Assembly: GCA_021613535.1 (NCBI GenBank)
Contig: CP075492.1
Span: 15,128,001-15,192,000 of the forward strand
DNA length: 64,000 nt
Origin: Adineta vaga
Taxonomy: Eukaryota > Animalia > Rotifera
Direction of reading: 5' to 3'
Below are positions 1 through 12,005 of the stretch, piece by piece. A model generated the notes under the pieces. That model saw only the letters and a program-made list of their open reading frames with translations. It had not been told where the DNA came from and made no database searches. The first letter of the stretch is position 1. Every line of letters starts with the position of its first letter. The position numbers were made by a program, and so were the translations under genes.

Positions 1-1153
1 AGACCTGATGCACCATTTCTTGCCTGGATATTCCAATCAGATAAATTGAAAAGCTTGAGAAAATGAGTGACATGTTTGGTAAATGTTTCATATTTACCAA
101 TAAAATTATATTTAAATTTACAGACTTGACAAAGTGTAGAATACGGTTGCCAATGATAGTTCATTTGAGCAATTCTTGCAGATGTTTGACTGTCAATAAG
201 AATATACCGAATAAATGCTTCAAACGAAGGATTAGATCTTAGACAGGAATTTTCTGTTGGTAAGGATGAGCCAGCTATCCTCTGCAGATGCATCTGATAA
301 TGGCAGATCGCCACACGCATCGCATCGTATTCGGGTTCTGAGTGAATTCTATCTTGTCTAGTGTTGCAATTCTTTCTTTGTAAGCTGATGCAAGACGTTC
401 GAATGGATGACGAACAAAAATAACTCGAGTGAACGATGGAGAGAATATTTCGGATAAATTAGAAAGTCTATTAAGGCGAAGATAAGGAAATGCAAATGTA
501 AAACTAAGTCGCCAAGGATTGAGTGGTCGAGAAGGAAATGTTACATTGATACTACCGAATCGAAGAACATTGAGATAGATGCGAAGAAATGCGGCAAGAG
601 ATTTTGGTGTTTCAGTTTTAGGAATAACAATTCCATTCTAAAAAAAGATTCTTCACGATAATATCACTATTTTTTGTCATACCTGTCGAAGCTCGTCAAT
701 GAATGTAGAGAAATTGATCATTTGCTCTATTCGAGTTCTTTCCAAACTAATATTTGTCCAATTGTTATCAAGATGTTTATTGATATCAAGCACATGCATG
801 TAAAGTATAACAGTAAGAAGAGTTTTGGTTGCTACCTTCGGAACAGAACAATACATTAGAGAACGAGATTGTAATACGAAAGTAATCAAATTGACTAACT
901 GATTTTTCTGTACCAAAATGTCTAAAGATGAATTATTCCTTTTGCATGACGATAAATACGAATAATTTGAGCTTTCGTTAAATTTTTCAAACCAATATGT
1001 ACTTGTTTCTATCATTTTAGTTACTGGTAAATCCACATTCTGCTTAGTGAGAAAATGATCTATGCTACCTTGAAATACAATGATAACAGTGATTAAAGCG
1101 ATTATATATATGTAATATCTCTTGTATAACCCAATAAATATCTTTACAAACAT
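1..1153 (-). CDS. Carbohydrate sulfotransferase (CHST / Sulfotransfer_2 family), Golgi type II membrane protein; 3' end runs off the window; two apparent 1-nt frameshifts
   Basis: N-terminal TM, 5'-PSB motif CSVPKVATKT, 45-bp intron 638-682 (GTATGA...TTTAG), then 3'-PB motif FVRHPFERLASAY and HWQPYSTLCQVC...YNFIGKYET. The frame shifts by one base near 353 and apparently near 62, both at short A/T runs. Confidence 0.88.
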
Positions 1154-1463
1154 TGTACAGACTACGTCGATTTCATAACAATAGTCTTAATTCAGATATC
1201 TAAAAATTGAACGGTTACAAGACTATACTTGCAAACTGATGTTGATGAAAGTGAATTACGATCGTTTTACTACAGTCAAACCGGAGAACAAACAGAATGT
1301 GTACATTTTTAAAGCATGCGGTTTTATTTATTTATTTTGACAATGTTGCGACACATGAGCTCTTCTCATGGATGATGCAGAAATGTCAATAAGAGAAAGA
1401 AATACTTCAATTCATGTTACGAACATAAAATATTGAAAAATTAAAGTACAACAATCATTTGTT

Positions 1464-4400
1464 TCACACAATTGTCTCTGACTGCATCGAAATCTGACCT
1501 TGAGTTGATGATGATGATGGTGCATTGACATATACAAATCGTTGAATAACTGGTTTACGTTTTTTAGATAGTTTCTGACGTCGAAGTCTTTTCCGTTCTT
1601 CATCAACTGGATCAATACCAAAACCGTATTTTAAAATATCCATGACAATAATAAATATTCCTACAATTATCATCGCAATAATTCCAATATAAGCAAATGA
1701 TTTTGAAACAATTCTATAAATAATCATTTTCATTGCAATTATTTCACAATATCGACCATAATAACTTTTACTCAGACATTCACATGTATAATTCAATAGC
1801 ACTGGTCGACAAACACCATTATTTAAACATGTTACATTCTGACAGTAATTGATTTTTGTTTCACACTGTTTCCCTTGCCAACCAAGTTGACATAGACATT
1901 TGAATGTTTCATTAAATACTTCTGTACAAATACCTGCAAACGAAATAGATATCTTTAGTTCGATAATGAAAATGCAAATGAAATATACCATCATTCCAAC
2001 ATGTATTTAGTTTACATAATCGATGATCATTTTCACATGTAGTACCATTGAAATTATTTAAACATGCACAAAAATATCCTTGTGAAGTTGTATGATTGTC
2101 TGTGCAAGAGCCATTGTTTTGACACGGTTGTAACATATTACATAGTGAATTAGATATATTACATGAAGAACCAATATGTGTAGAACTATCACAAGTTGGT
2201 GTAAATATATATTGTGACGGCGTTCTACCTAGTAGGGAAAAAAACAAGAAATTGCATTCGGAGGGAAATCTTTTTTTCAAAAATCCACTTGTAGTTGTCT
2301 TTGATGGTCATTATTTCAGAGATTTTATCTGTAGTAGAGATAAATGAAAAAGTTGAATCTATAAAAAATAGAAAAATATCGCATTGGAATTTGTTTGAAG
2401 AAGAATAAATGTATATACCAATGCTGTCGATATTTGGAGTTGTTATTGTATCTAAGAAAAGAAATTTTGTATAGAAAATATCTAATATTGATTTCCTTTA
2501 AATATGATTCGATTTTGAGACAACAGTCATGGTAACAAGTACTCGCCACTTATCGCAAGATTGTTTGTTATAGAGAAATTTTTGAATTCGTTGATTGTTC
2601 TTATCCATTACAAACATATTTCCATAACTGTCAAATCGAAGATCATACGGTGCATGCAATGTATCGGCTGCTGGATCACTCTTATCACTGCAACCAACTA
2701 GACAGCGGAAACCATTAGAACTTTCTCCAACAATTCGATTTTGTTGATGGTCGACGATAAATAGATATCCATTAGCATCAAGCACAACTCCAGTAGGACT
2801 CTTTAGTACGATTGTTTTTTCCATCGTTGTGTTTCCTGCCACTGTTGTTCCATCGATGTTTCCTGGCTTAAAAAGTTGAATCCTATTGTTAGCAAAGTCT
2901 GCCACGAAAAGATTAAAATTCATATCGATGAAGATTCCATATGGGTGACAAAGCATATTTGCTGATGAACCAGAAGTACCATTACTTGAACCTGCAACGA
3001 TTATATATCTGTCTAAAAAGCTATTCAATGACTTCTTGACAACTTGGTGAAAATTGTATTTCGAACAGTAAAGAGTATCATTCATATCGACAAAAAGACC
3101 CAAACAATATCCACTGACATTCATCACCGATATACTACTTGTCGAATTTAATCTCCATTGCTCAACTAGACCTGTTAAGGCGCTACTAATATAAATATCA
3201 CGAGTAACGGTAACAAAGAGACTGCTAGGATGCGATACGTTAAAAAAAATAGTCCTTGTTGAATTGTTTTGTCCTTCTAGCCAAACTTGAACTTGATTAT
3301 ATGCAGCCGCTGTCACATAGATATTGTTGTCAATATCAATAAAAATACTACAAAGTTGGTGACCAATTGAACTTCCGTTTATAAAAGTTATAGCATTTGG
3401 ATTCCATGATGCCATCGAACAGAGTTTTGGTCGATTGAAAGATTCGACTAGATAGAAAAGTTCCAAAAATTAAAGAATTTAGGTAATTGTGAAATAAAAG
3501 AATATCTCGAGCACTTACCACAAGAATTAGTTGCCAAAAGAAATTTCTGAATTCGACTATTTTCCCAATCCATGACAAATATATTTCCATAACTATCGAA
3601 ACTTAGAGTTACTGGATGGTATAATTGATTTGAAGCTGAACCTTTTGAGTTTGAGCATCCTACTAAACATTGAAAGCTATTCGATCCTGCTCTAATAATA
3701 CGATGGTTTCCGAAATCGACAATAAACAAAAATTGATTGGCATCAAGTACAACTCCCGTGGGGTAAGAAAGTAAAGAATTTTGTATTCCACTACGTCCTA
3801 CGACTGTAACTCCTTTCTTTTCTGTTGATTTGAATAATTGAATTCTATGATTGTAACAATCCGCTACATACAAATCAATGTTTGTATCGACAAAAATGCC
3901 AAATGGGTGATAAAACATATGTGGTTCTGAACCACTGGAACCCGTACCTATCATACCCTTATCTGTACTATTGTCCAACGACTGCTTGACGACTTGATGA
4001 AGCCAGAAAAGTGAACAGTAGAGAATATTGTTGATATCAACGAAAAGGCATGAGCAAAGACCCTTGACGTTCATAACAGACTCACCACTCGTTGCGTCCA
4101 TTGTCCACTCGATTTTTACTGAAACCACTATCTATATATATATATCACCCGTAACAGTGACGAAAAGACTGTATGGATTAATTAGATCACTAGAAATGAT
4201 CTTGGTTGAATTAATGTTTCCTTCGAGCCAAATCACAACTTGATTCAGAGCGAGAGCAGCTACATAGACTGTATTATTTCTATCAACAAAGAGACCAATT
4301 GGTTTATTTCCAACTACGCTAATATTTGCAAATGTAAATGCATTGGGATTCCATGACACCAATGAACAAAATTTTGGTTGATTGTAAGAGACAGCTAAAT

Positions 4401-4528
4401 AATGATAGTACTCTGTAACATTCTATCACAATATGCTAGGTTCTGCTTCATCATAGAAAATTTCTTCAAGATTACTTACCTTCAGCTGAATTAGTGATAA
4501 TAAGAATAAACAGACAAATGAACAACAT
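1464..4528 (-). pseudogene. NHL-repeat (two beta-propellers) + EGF-repeat single-pass membrane protein, apparently disrupted
   Basis: Signal-peptide exon 4528-4480. NHL exons 4394-3519 and 3447-~2555 (PxGIFVD...LYVAD..NHRIQ). Small S/T exons near 2451-2419 and 2328-2290. EGF exons 2229-1989 and 1934-1464 with TM and basic tail. A TA-run frameshift and indels lie at 4095-4145, and the donor after the second propeller reads ATAAGT instead of GTAAGT. Confidence 0.8.
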
Positions 4529-5064
4529 TCTGAAGAGAGAATTTTTCTTTTTTTTATACATTTATATGAATAGTTGTAATAGAAATTGAATACTTTAACT
4601 GATTATAAAAACGATAGTTGACACTATACAGAAATCATCATAAAAGAACGTGTTATTCATCGTGTAGTAGTATTAAGATACAATATCAGTTACAAACTAC
4701 AGATATCATGAATGTTGATGTTAATTTTTGACATACATCATATTCAGTCAGAAATCTATTTGCTTTTCTTTTTTTTATGATCATTGTATGCAAATCTATA
4801 TTCAATTTCTATTCTCATATTCTTGAATTTCATAAGATTCGATTAAACATTAACCAGAATCTGAATTCCGAACTCAACGTACGTTCTAAGACACTGCAAG
4901 CTTTCAGATTTTCCTCCAATCGGCAACATATTATAGTATAGCGACATCTATATATTCATGTTCTACATTACAGAAAGTATCGAATCAGGTTTCATATTTT
5001 GTGTTTGTTTTTTTGAAATATGTGGATCGTCACATAAAAAAACGTTTTATCTCGACAAGCGCGC

Positions 5065-5571
5065 ATGGCTAAAAAGGTAAATAACAAAGCAATGTTATTA
5101 AATGATCCTTATTATGGTGACTTTTCTCTCGATGTACTTCGTTTGAGCCATCATGCAACTCAACGAGCAGTTGAAAGAAAAATTCCTGCCACAGAACTCT
5201 TGCAATCACGCAGTCATATAAATGCATACGTTGATAAAGTGGTGAGCAAAAGTGGTGTAATTATCACAACATATCCCCGTCAACCATATATCGCTCCCAT
5301 TCCTGATGAATTACCTGAAAATGGAAGACGTTTCACGTTTCCAAAAAATGGTATTGGTATTTTCATCGGTAAACAACATGTCAATATTAAACGTACTCAA
5401 ACTGAGTATAATCTAATAACACTTTATTTCGATAAATCTGGAAGCCTTATCGCTGTCCCACCATCGGCTGATTACAATTGGACAATGTTTGAAAATATGC
5501 TCGAAAAAGCACAGAAAAGAAAATATAAAACACCCCAGCAACTCTTAGCAAAGAAAAATGAACAAAAATGA
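5065..5571 (+). CDS. Intronless 168-aa protein: DUF4258-like (RelE/BECR-type) N-terminal domain + KH-like C-terminal domain
   Basis: LSHHATQRAVERKI...VVSKSGVIITTYP resembles the DUF4258 pattern SxHAxxRxxERxI...vITxY. RRFTFPKNGIGIFIGKQHVNIKRTQTEY resembles a type I KH motif with GxxG degenerate to GKQH. Confidence 0.6.
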   Translation: MAKKVNNKAMLLNDPYYGDFSLDVLRLSHHATQRAVERKIPATELLQSRSHINAYVDKVVSKSGVIITTYPRQPYIAPIPDELPENGRRFTFPKNGIGIFIGKQHVNIKRTQTEYNLITLYFDKSGSLIAVPPSADYNWTMFENMLEKAQKRKYKTPQQLLAKKNEQK

Positions 5572-6252
5572 CTCATTTTAAATTTGATTTTCTTGTCTAT
5601 ATTCCTTTCTTTAAAAAAAAAGCAGCGTAATTATACGTCTGATTATATCAAATTGAAAAGGATGTATCATTTTACGAAAAATTTACACAGTTTAAGTTTA
5701 TCCATACGAATTAAAATATGCGTAGTTCTGCGTCATTCCAAGTTACATTGTAGAATAATTTATAACTTATATACTCAGGTACATAATATTATAATAATAT
5801 CAAATTATACTCGAATGTATTTACATCAATTCATATGAAGAGAAAAGGTGAATTTGATCATTTAATATATAATTTTGTATGTATATTCAGACGCGCTTGT
5901 TTCTCACAGAAGACGAAAAAACAAGTTATGCATAATTACATATTTTTGTAATAAAACTATAATTTATTCATCATATAGTTGGGAAAAAAAGTCATCGACG
6001 GTAGCAGAAGCAGCAAAAAAGTATTTAACTCAGACATTTTGTTTTCGATACAACATTACCGACTTTATCAAAAGTTCACAAATTGATCTTGCCTATGTTA
6101 CCATTTACTCATGTAGTTTTTAATATGCAGCTAACCTCACACTCAATCGAGGCAGATGAATAATCGTTTTGCTTGTCGCGGGACAATAGGGATATTTCTT
6201 TAGTTAAAGTTAGTTTATTTTAGATATTCATAGTGTTTAATTTCGTTCTTTT

Positions 6253-8530
6253 ATGTCGCAAGTGTATAATAGGAGAACTCGTGACATTTCCATGCGTCAC
6301 CTGCCATCGCTGCGTATTGGTATTACCCTTCTTTGGGTGGAAGATATGTGTTCTATGTCGAAAGAAAGGGATGAAGCAATGGATCATCTGTGCATTTCGA
6401 AAAATTGTCATATTTTGCGTTATACGAATATTTCTAAATGTTTCAAGTATTTAAACCATGCGAAAAAATATGAATGTATAATTATCATTATAAATATCGA
6501 TGGTAGTTCAATCAAAACTAGTGACACTTCTCGACTTAGTCTATATCGACAAATACGAAAACTATTTCTTATATCATCAATTTCTAACAAAGATAAAGAC
6601 GCTTGTGTTGATCTTATCAGTAACACACACAACGGAATCAGTAGAATGGCTGAAATCTTCTACGATTATAATATGTTATTTAGTCGATTAGAACAAATCA
6701 TAAACGAATTCGATAATCCAGATGACGATCTATTCACTATATTTAATAGTCACGAAAAAGCTCTGCGAGATTTACGCAATGAACTTGGTCCATACATATG
6801 GAGTCAAACACTTAAAAGTCAGTTTACTTGATTTACAAAAAGTATTTTTTCATTAACCAGTTAAGTCTCTGAAAGGTTTACGAAAATCTAACTCCATGTT
6901 AAGCTTCTTTCGTACTTAATTCTGTACACATTATTTGAAACAAGTAATCGTTCTGTTTCTATTTCATTTAGTGATTCTCATAGCTATGTCCCTTGATGAT
7001 CCTTCCAGTGCAAAAAGAGAAATGTTAGCGGAATGTCGTGCTTGTTGTCGCAATAATTCACATGATTTGAAACAAATTGATGAATTTGAACGAACATTTC
7101 GTTCGGATAATGCTATTTTATGGTATACGAAACCTTCTTTTCTTCATCGTTTGATTAACAAAGCTTTACGCACTGAAGATAATCTTGTTCTACACAAATT
7201 TCGTTACTTTATTGTCGATTTTTGTGAACGTCTGAAACAAGCAGCTTTAACGAGCGCACAATGTACAGAACAATTTCGTTTGTATCGTGGAACAAGGCTG
7301 GGTCGAGAGGAAGTCAATAAATTGCACATTGGTTCATTAGTAGCAACTAATGATTTTTTCTCATCATCAAAAGATTTGTTGGTAGCTCAAGAATTTATTA
7401 GTATTGATCCAATCACAGGAATGTCACCAAGTTCTGGTTGCGATGATCGTCAACAATATGTTCTCTTCCAGATTGATGTCAATTTAAATACATCACCTGA
7501 AATTATTGTAACTGATATATCCGGCTTGAGTACTATACCCGACGAACATGAAATGGTGTTTAGTTTAGGTACTACTTTCACTATAACTGATATTAATTAT
7601 GATACGCTGCATCATATATGGTACATTCATATGATTTCATCATCAGAAGTTGCTAAACTTATTCAAGAATATAATACACATATTCAAAAACGTTTTATTG
7701 AAACAAAGCCGATAGTGATGTTTGGCCATGTTCTTTCAGAATTTTGTAGTAATTATCATGGTGCAATAATATACTTTCATCGTTTATTAAGATCTAAATC
7801 GTGGAATGATGAAGATAGACCCGATATCTATCACTATTTAGGACGTATTTATCGTGCTTTTGGTAAAAATCAACAAGCAATGACATACTTTCGGTGTGCT
7901 TTATTATTACAACGGCGTAACTTATCAGGATCGAGTATAACCTATGGCCGTGCACTGTCCTGTATTGGCTCCATCTATTCTGAGTTAGGAGATTTATCAC
8001 GAGCAATTAGATTGTACGAACAAGCTATGGTCATCTATCGGAAAGTGTTACCTAAAAATCATTATGAATTTGGTTTTCATTCCAATCGACTTGCTCAAGT
8101 CTATTGGTTGAATGGACAATATGAGTTTGCACGTGATTTATTAATGAACACAATATCGTTTAACAAAGAAACAATGCCGAAAAATTCGCCAGGTCTAGCA
8201 CAAACATTACATTGTATGGGTTTGGTACAACATTCACTGAATGATCGAGAACAAGCACTTCACTATTTCAAACAGTCACTGGAAATGCGTCAGTCATTTC
8301 AAGCTGGAAATCATCCGTATGCCGCTCGAACATGTTATGAATTGAGTTTATTGTATGAAGAACAAAATGATGATACAACAGCACTCGATTATGCTCGAAA
8401 AGCATTGTCTATTGATCAATCTAAGTTATCTCATAATCATAAAGAACTTCAACAATCAATGAAACTTGTCGAACGTTTATCACTGAAAATCAATGATGTT
8501 TCTTTGTCTCAACCAGAAAGATCTTGCTAA
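6253..8530 (+). CDS. ADP-ribosyltransferase (R-S-E / ARTC-like) domain + TPR repeat protein
   Basis: Exon 1 is 6253-6817, intron 6818-6971 (GTCAGT...TTTAG), exon 2 is 6972-8530. Motifs AILWYTKPSFLHRLINKALR, LYRG (R), FFSSS (S-x-S) and DEHEMVF (E-x-E), followed by about 6 TPRs. Confidence 0.88.
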
Positions 8531-8999
8531 ATTATCAGTTCGTATTAGTATTTTCTACAACAGTTTTGGATCGCTACCAAATGAAAATCAATAATAGTTC
8601 CATTCATGCTTCTGAAAATGAAGACATCATCTCGACGATTCAAAGTTCTAATTGATGTAAAATAAATGATGAATATTTATTCATATACGCAAAAACCATG
8701 CAAGAATCGATCAAAAATTTGCAATGAATAATTTCACAAATATTATTCTATTTATCATCTTTGCGAGTGGACGGCGTTGTTATATGTTTTCCTCTTATCC
8801 ACACTCCCACACTCAAAAATAAGATGCATGTAGTACATTCAAATGTGACTGTTGAGTTATAGTGAAAATAATGCATGCTTCACATATTCTCGCTTTTATC
8901 TGTTTCTTCTATTATCACAATAGTCGATGCAAATGTCATGCTTTCTTTTTCAAAATATCGTATCTGTATAGCTGCACAAACTTCATACAACACTGTACG

Positions 9000-10146
9000 A
9001 TCAGTTATTTGTGAAGAGCATTGGAACAACTACAGCACGTCTCATTTTCCATTTACGAATGCAAAAGGCGACGAAACTGACCATACGTGGTACTATTAAC
9101 TTTAAAGCTGTTGCTAGACCACCAACAGTCGAGTTTACAAAAAAATGAATCAATAACGAACTATCAAGCGCTGTTACATTGGTTGGTGGAGAACCAGCTA
9201 AATGTGATTATAGTTGACTGATACATGTTTGATTCAAGAAACATGTGAGATCTGATTGAAGTAATGATTCAATCATATAACATCCAATATAAATATCTGG
9301 AACTGTAAATATCATGCCTTCAGTACTGCTCATAATTAATGATTTACGAACACATCTACTTGAAGATGCACAAGTACATGTTGTGACAACTCGTGCCTGT
9401 GTTTAAAATCGAAAATTATCTCCCACAATAATATCGTAACTATACTGTAGCGACTGGATAGCAAACCGTTACTCTGAGTTGTGCTCCGTATTACAGAGAA
9501 TGACAGAAAAAAATCATTTGTAGTCGACACTTTACACTGAGATATAAACGCTTTGGTTTGCGATTGAAATAACTTAAAGAAAGTTACAGATGCAGTAACA
9601 TATTGATTTGAATAGAATTGAATCAAACGATTTGAAATTATTCTATTCACCAATCGACAAAAGTCACTCAACGCTTGAAATGTAAATATATCTGTTGCTA
9701 AAAAGTCTATCAACAAAATTTTTCTTGTACCACGAGATAAATACATATAATAAATCCAATCGTCAGTGACAAAGACACTATTACAACTTGATGAAGTGTA
9801 TAATCAAGATGAAGAAATGTGTTATAGTTGATTGAGATTGTTGAGCATGGACATGTTAATGTTTATGAATGTTTATCATACAATTGTGAATATTGTGCAA
9901 TTGTTGGTGATAGAACAGTTTCAGTTTGTGTGATAGTTATAAGTGAATTGTAGAGAAGAAGAATAATCTTGTTGAAATTCGTTCATTTCGAAGTTAATGT
10001 TCATCTGTTGACGGTGAAATTCATGGAAAAAGATTTAAATTTTGAAGAAATAATTTTATTTTTTGCTAGATATTGGAACGGAAAAGAGGATTATTTATCA
10101 CTAAAATAAAATATTTCTCGTAATCAACGTTCTCCTTCCTGCCCAT
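9000..10146 (-). pseudogene. Degraded member of a rotifer-expanded Cys-rich transmembrane family (LNLFP...TCPCS.ISI.Y...HQVC.S.FVTDDWI type)
   Basis: Recognisable fragments LNLF..PPSTDEH, LTCPCSTISINY, QVCNSVFVTDDWI, TFQALSDFC, YIGCYMIESLLQS.L.CF and VGGLATALKLIVP, separated by stops, frameshifts and an internal deletion. Confidence 0.65.
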
Positions 10147-10937
10147 GTACATCACTAAATAAAAATAAATACGTGCCATTCATGATGAGAAGAGTATATC
10201 CACGCTACATGGTCTGAAAATAAAAGAATATGATTTATTACATCTGCCATTGGAATGTGAGTATAAGGATGTGTAAAAATATATTTAGATTGGAAATAAA
10301 AATCTGATTTGTCTTTTTTTTTTAACTATAACAATTAAAACTGATGAATATATTGCGCTTTTATATAATTTATTTCCTATAGTATCAGAAAAAAAGATAA
10401 TTAAAACAAGCTTTGTTTCTTATGTATTTCAACAACTCTAAAAATAAAGAAAACTATTTTCTTCATATTTTTCTTCTGATATGGAACGTATATGTAATAA
10501 GAATAGATTTCTCTTTTATTCTTATTCTTAGGTTAAATAGAAATATATGATTTCCTTTGAAATATAATTGTTTTATTTTAAAGATAAAAATAGAAATTTG
10601 CCTTCACATCTCTTAAACAGTAATTATTTGAAATTATTTAAATCTATTTCTATTGCGCGTTGAACAAATCAAAATTCCTAGATAAGAATGTTGGTTGAGA
10701 AAGTACGCATAGTTATATTTGTAAGCTAATAATATCTTGATCATCAATCCTAAATATTCATTAAAGAAAAACAACAATCACAACAAGCAATGTATTTTTA
10801 GAGGAATAAATTGAGTTACATTTGAGTCGAGTGTCAAAAACAGATAGAGAACGAATATGACGTGTTTACTTGAACTCTATAATATGCATATTCTTAAAAT
10901 AGATACATTCAAGAGTTAAGATTTTTCCTGTATGAGC

Positions 10938-12005
10938 TCAGTGTTTTGTATCATTCCGAGGGTGAATTTTTGTAGGTCGTTGATACCCAGGTACGCTAGA
11001 CATAGGATACATCTTGAGTACAGTATTTGTAGGAATAATTGAATTTAATTGGCGATGTTTTCGAATAATTTTGTAAAATTCTTCGCGAAAAATTGTACCT
11101 GTAAGTGTATATAAATAGAAGCTAGTGGAATGAGCGAAATACGTTAGTACACTCGCAGTTTTAAAAGCCAAATTTTCCCATGCAAGTCGAACTGTATCTT
11201 TAGACACGCTGACAGTAAATGAAGCATACAATCGATATATAGAAAATGGTAAAGTAGAGAGAATAATGACGAGTACTTGAGCAGCTAACATACGTATCAA
11301 CTGTTTGTCTACGCGTCGATTTGTTTGATCATTTCGAGAAACTACTCTCGGACGTATTTTTCGGTGTTGATGAATATTATGAAGTGTAAGAAATCCAAAT
11401 AGAAGCATGAAAAAAGATGGACAAAGTGAATAGAAAACCATACTCCAAAATGCAATAAAAGTATGATAAAAACCTTTTTGGCCATAGCATTGAGGTATAA
11501 TATTACCAAATCCATCAGGCATATTAATTAATTCATAGTAAACAGGCATATGTAAGTGCAAAATGATGAGTGTAATAATAGTAATTAGAATAGCGATTCT
11601 TGCTGTTTTATATGAACTTAATTGACGAAGGCGTACATTTGTTGAACTTTTTAAATAACGATCAACACAGGCTAAGGCAACTAACCAACAAGATATTGCT
11701 CGTACGACATAAAAAGCAAAAAATTCAATTTTACATATTCCAATATTATAATTTCCAATTTCAATATTAAATCCTTCTGAAGTAATGCGCACTGGAACAA
11801 TAACGAATATAACAAATAAATTGAAACATGTTGCCGAGAAAAAATACAATGAACATGATTCATGGCGAAGACGTTGTCGAGTAAAAATAAATACATTAAA
11901 TACAAGACCAATTGCACCGAGAACAAGATTGATAAATGAAACAGTGAAAATTATGACTATTATTGCTGTATTTATTTTTTTCAGTGTATCGTCGACTGAG
12001 GACAT
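10938..12005 (-). CDS. Rhodopsin-like (class A) 7TM GPCR, intronless
   Basis: Seven hydrophobic segments, GLVFNVFIF (TM1), CK in TM3, ACVDRY (DRY motif), TLPFSIY (TM6), SFYLYTLTGTIFR (TM7/helix 8). Confidence 0.93.
   Translation of the reverse strand: MSSVDDTLKKINTAIIVIIFTVSFINLVLGAIGLVFNVFIFTRQRLRHESCSLYFFSATCFNLFVIFVIVPVRITSEGFNIEIGNYNIGICKIEFFAFYVVRAISCWLVALACVDRYLKSSTNVRLRQLSSYKTARIAILITIITLIILHLHMPVYYELINMPDGFGNIIPQCYGQKGFYHTFIAFWSMVFYSLCPSFFMLLFGFLTLHNIHQHRKIRPRVVSRNDQTNRRVDKQLIRMLAAQVLVIILSTLPFSIYRLYASFTVSVSKDTVRLAWENLAFKTASVLTYFAHSTSFYLYTLTGTIFREEFYKIIRKHRQLNSIIPTNTVLKMYPMSSVPGYQRPTKIHPRNDTKH

Noticed and set aside
5584-6123. Short plus-strand ORFs after the DUF4258-KH gene as a possible antitoxin
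   Set aside because: TTG-started, low-complexity AT-rich translations with no recognisable fold. Most likely UTR or intergenic DNA.
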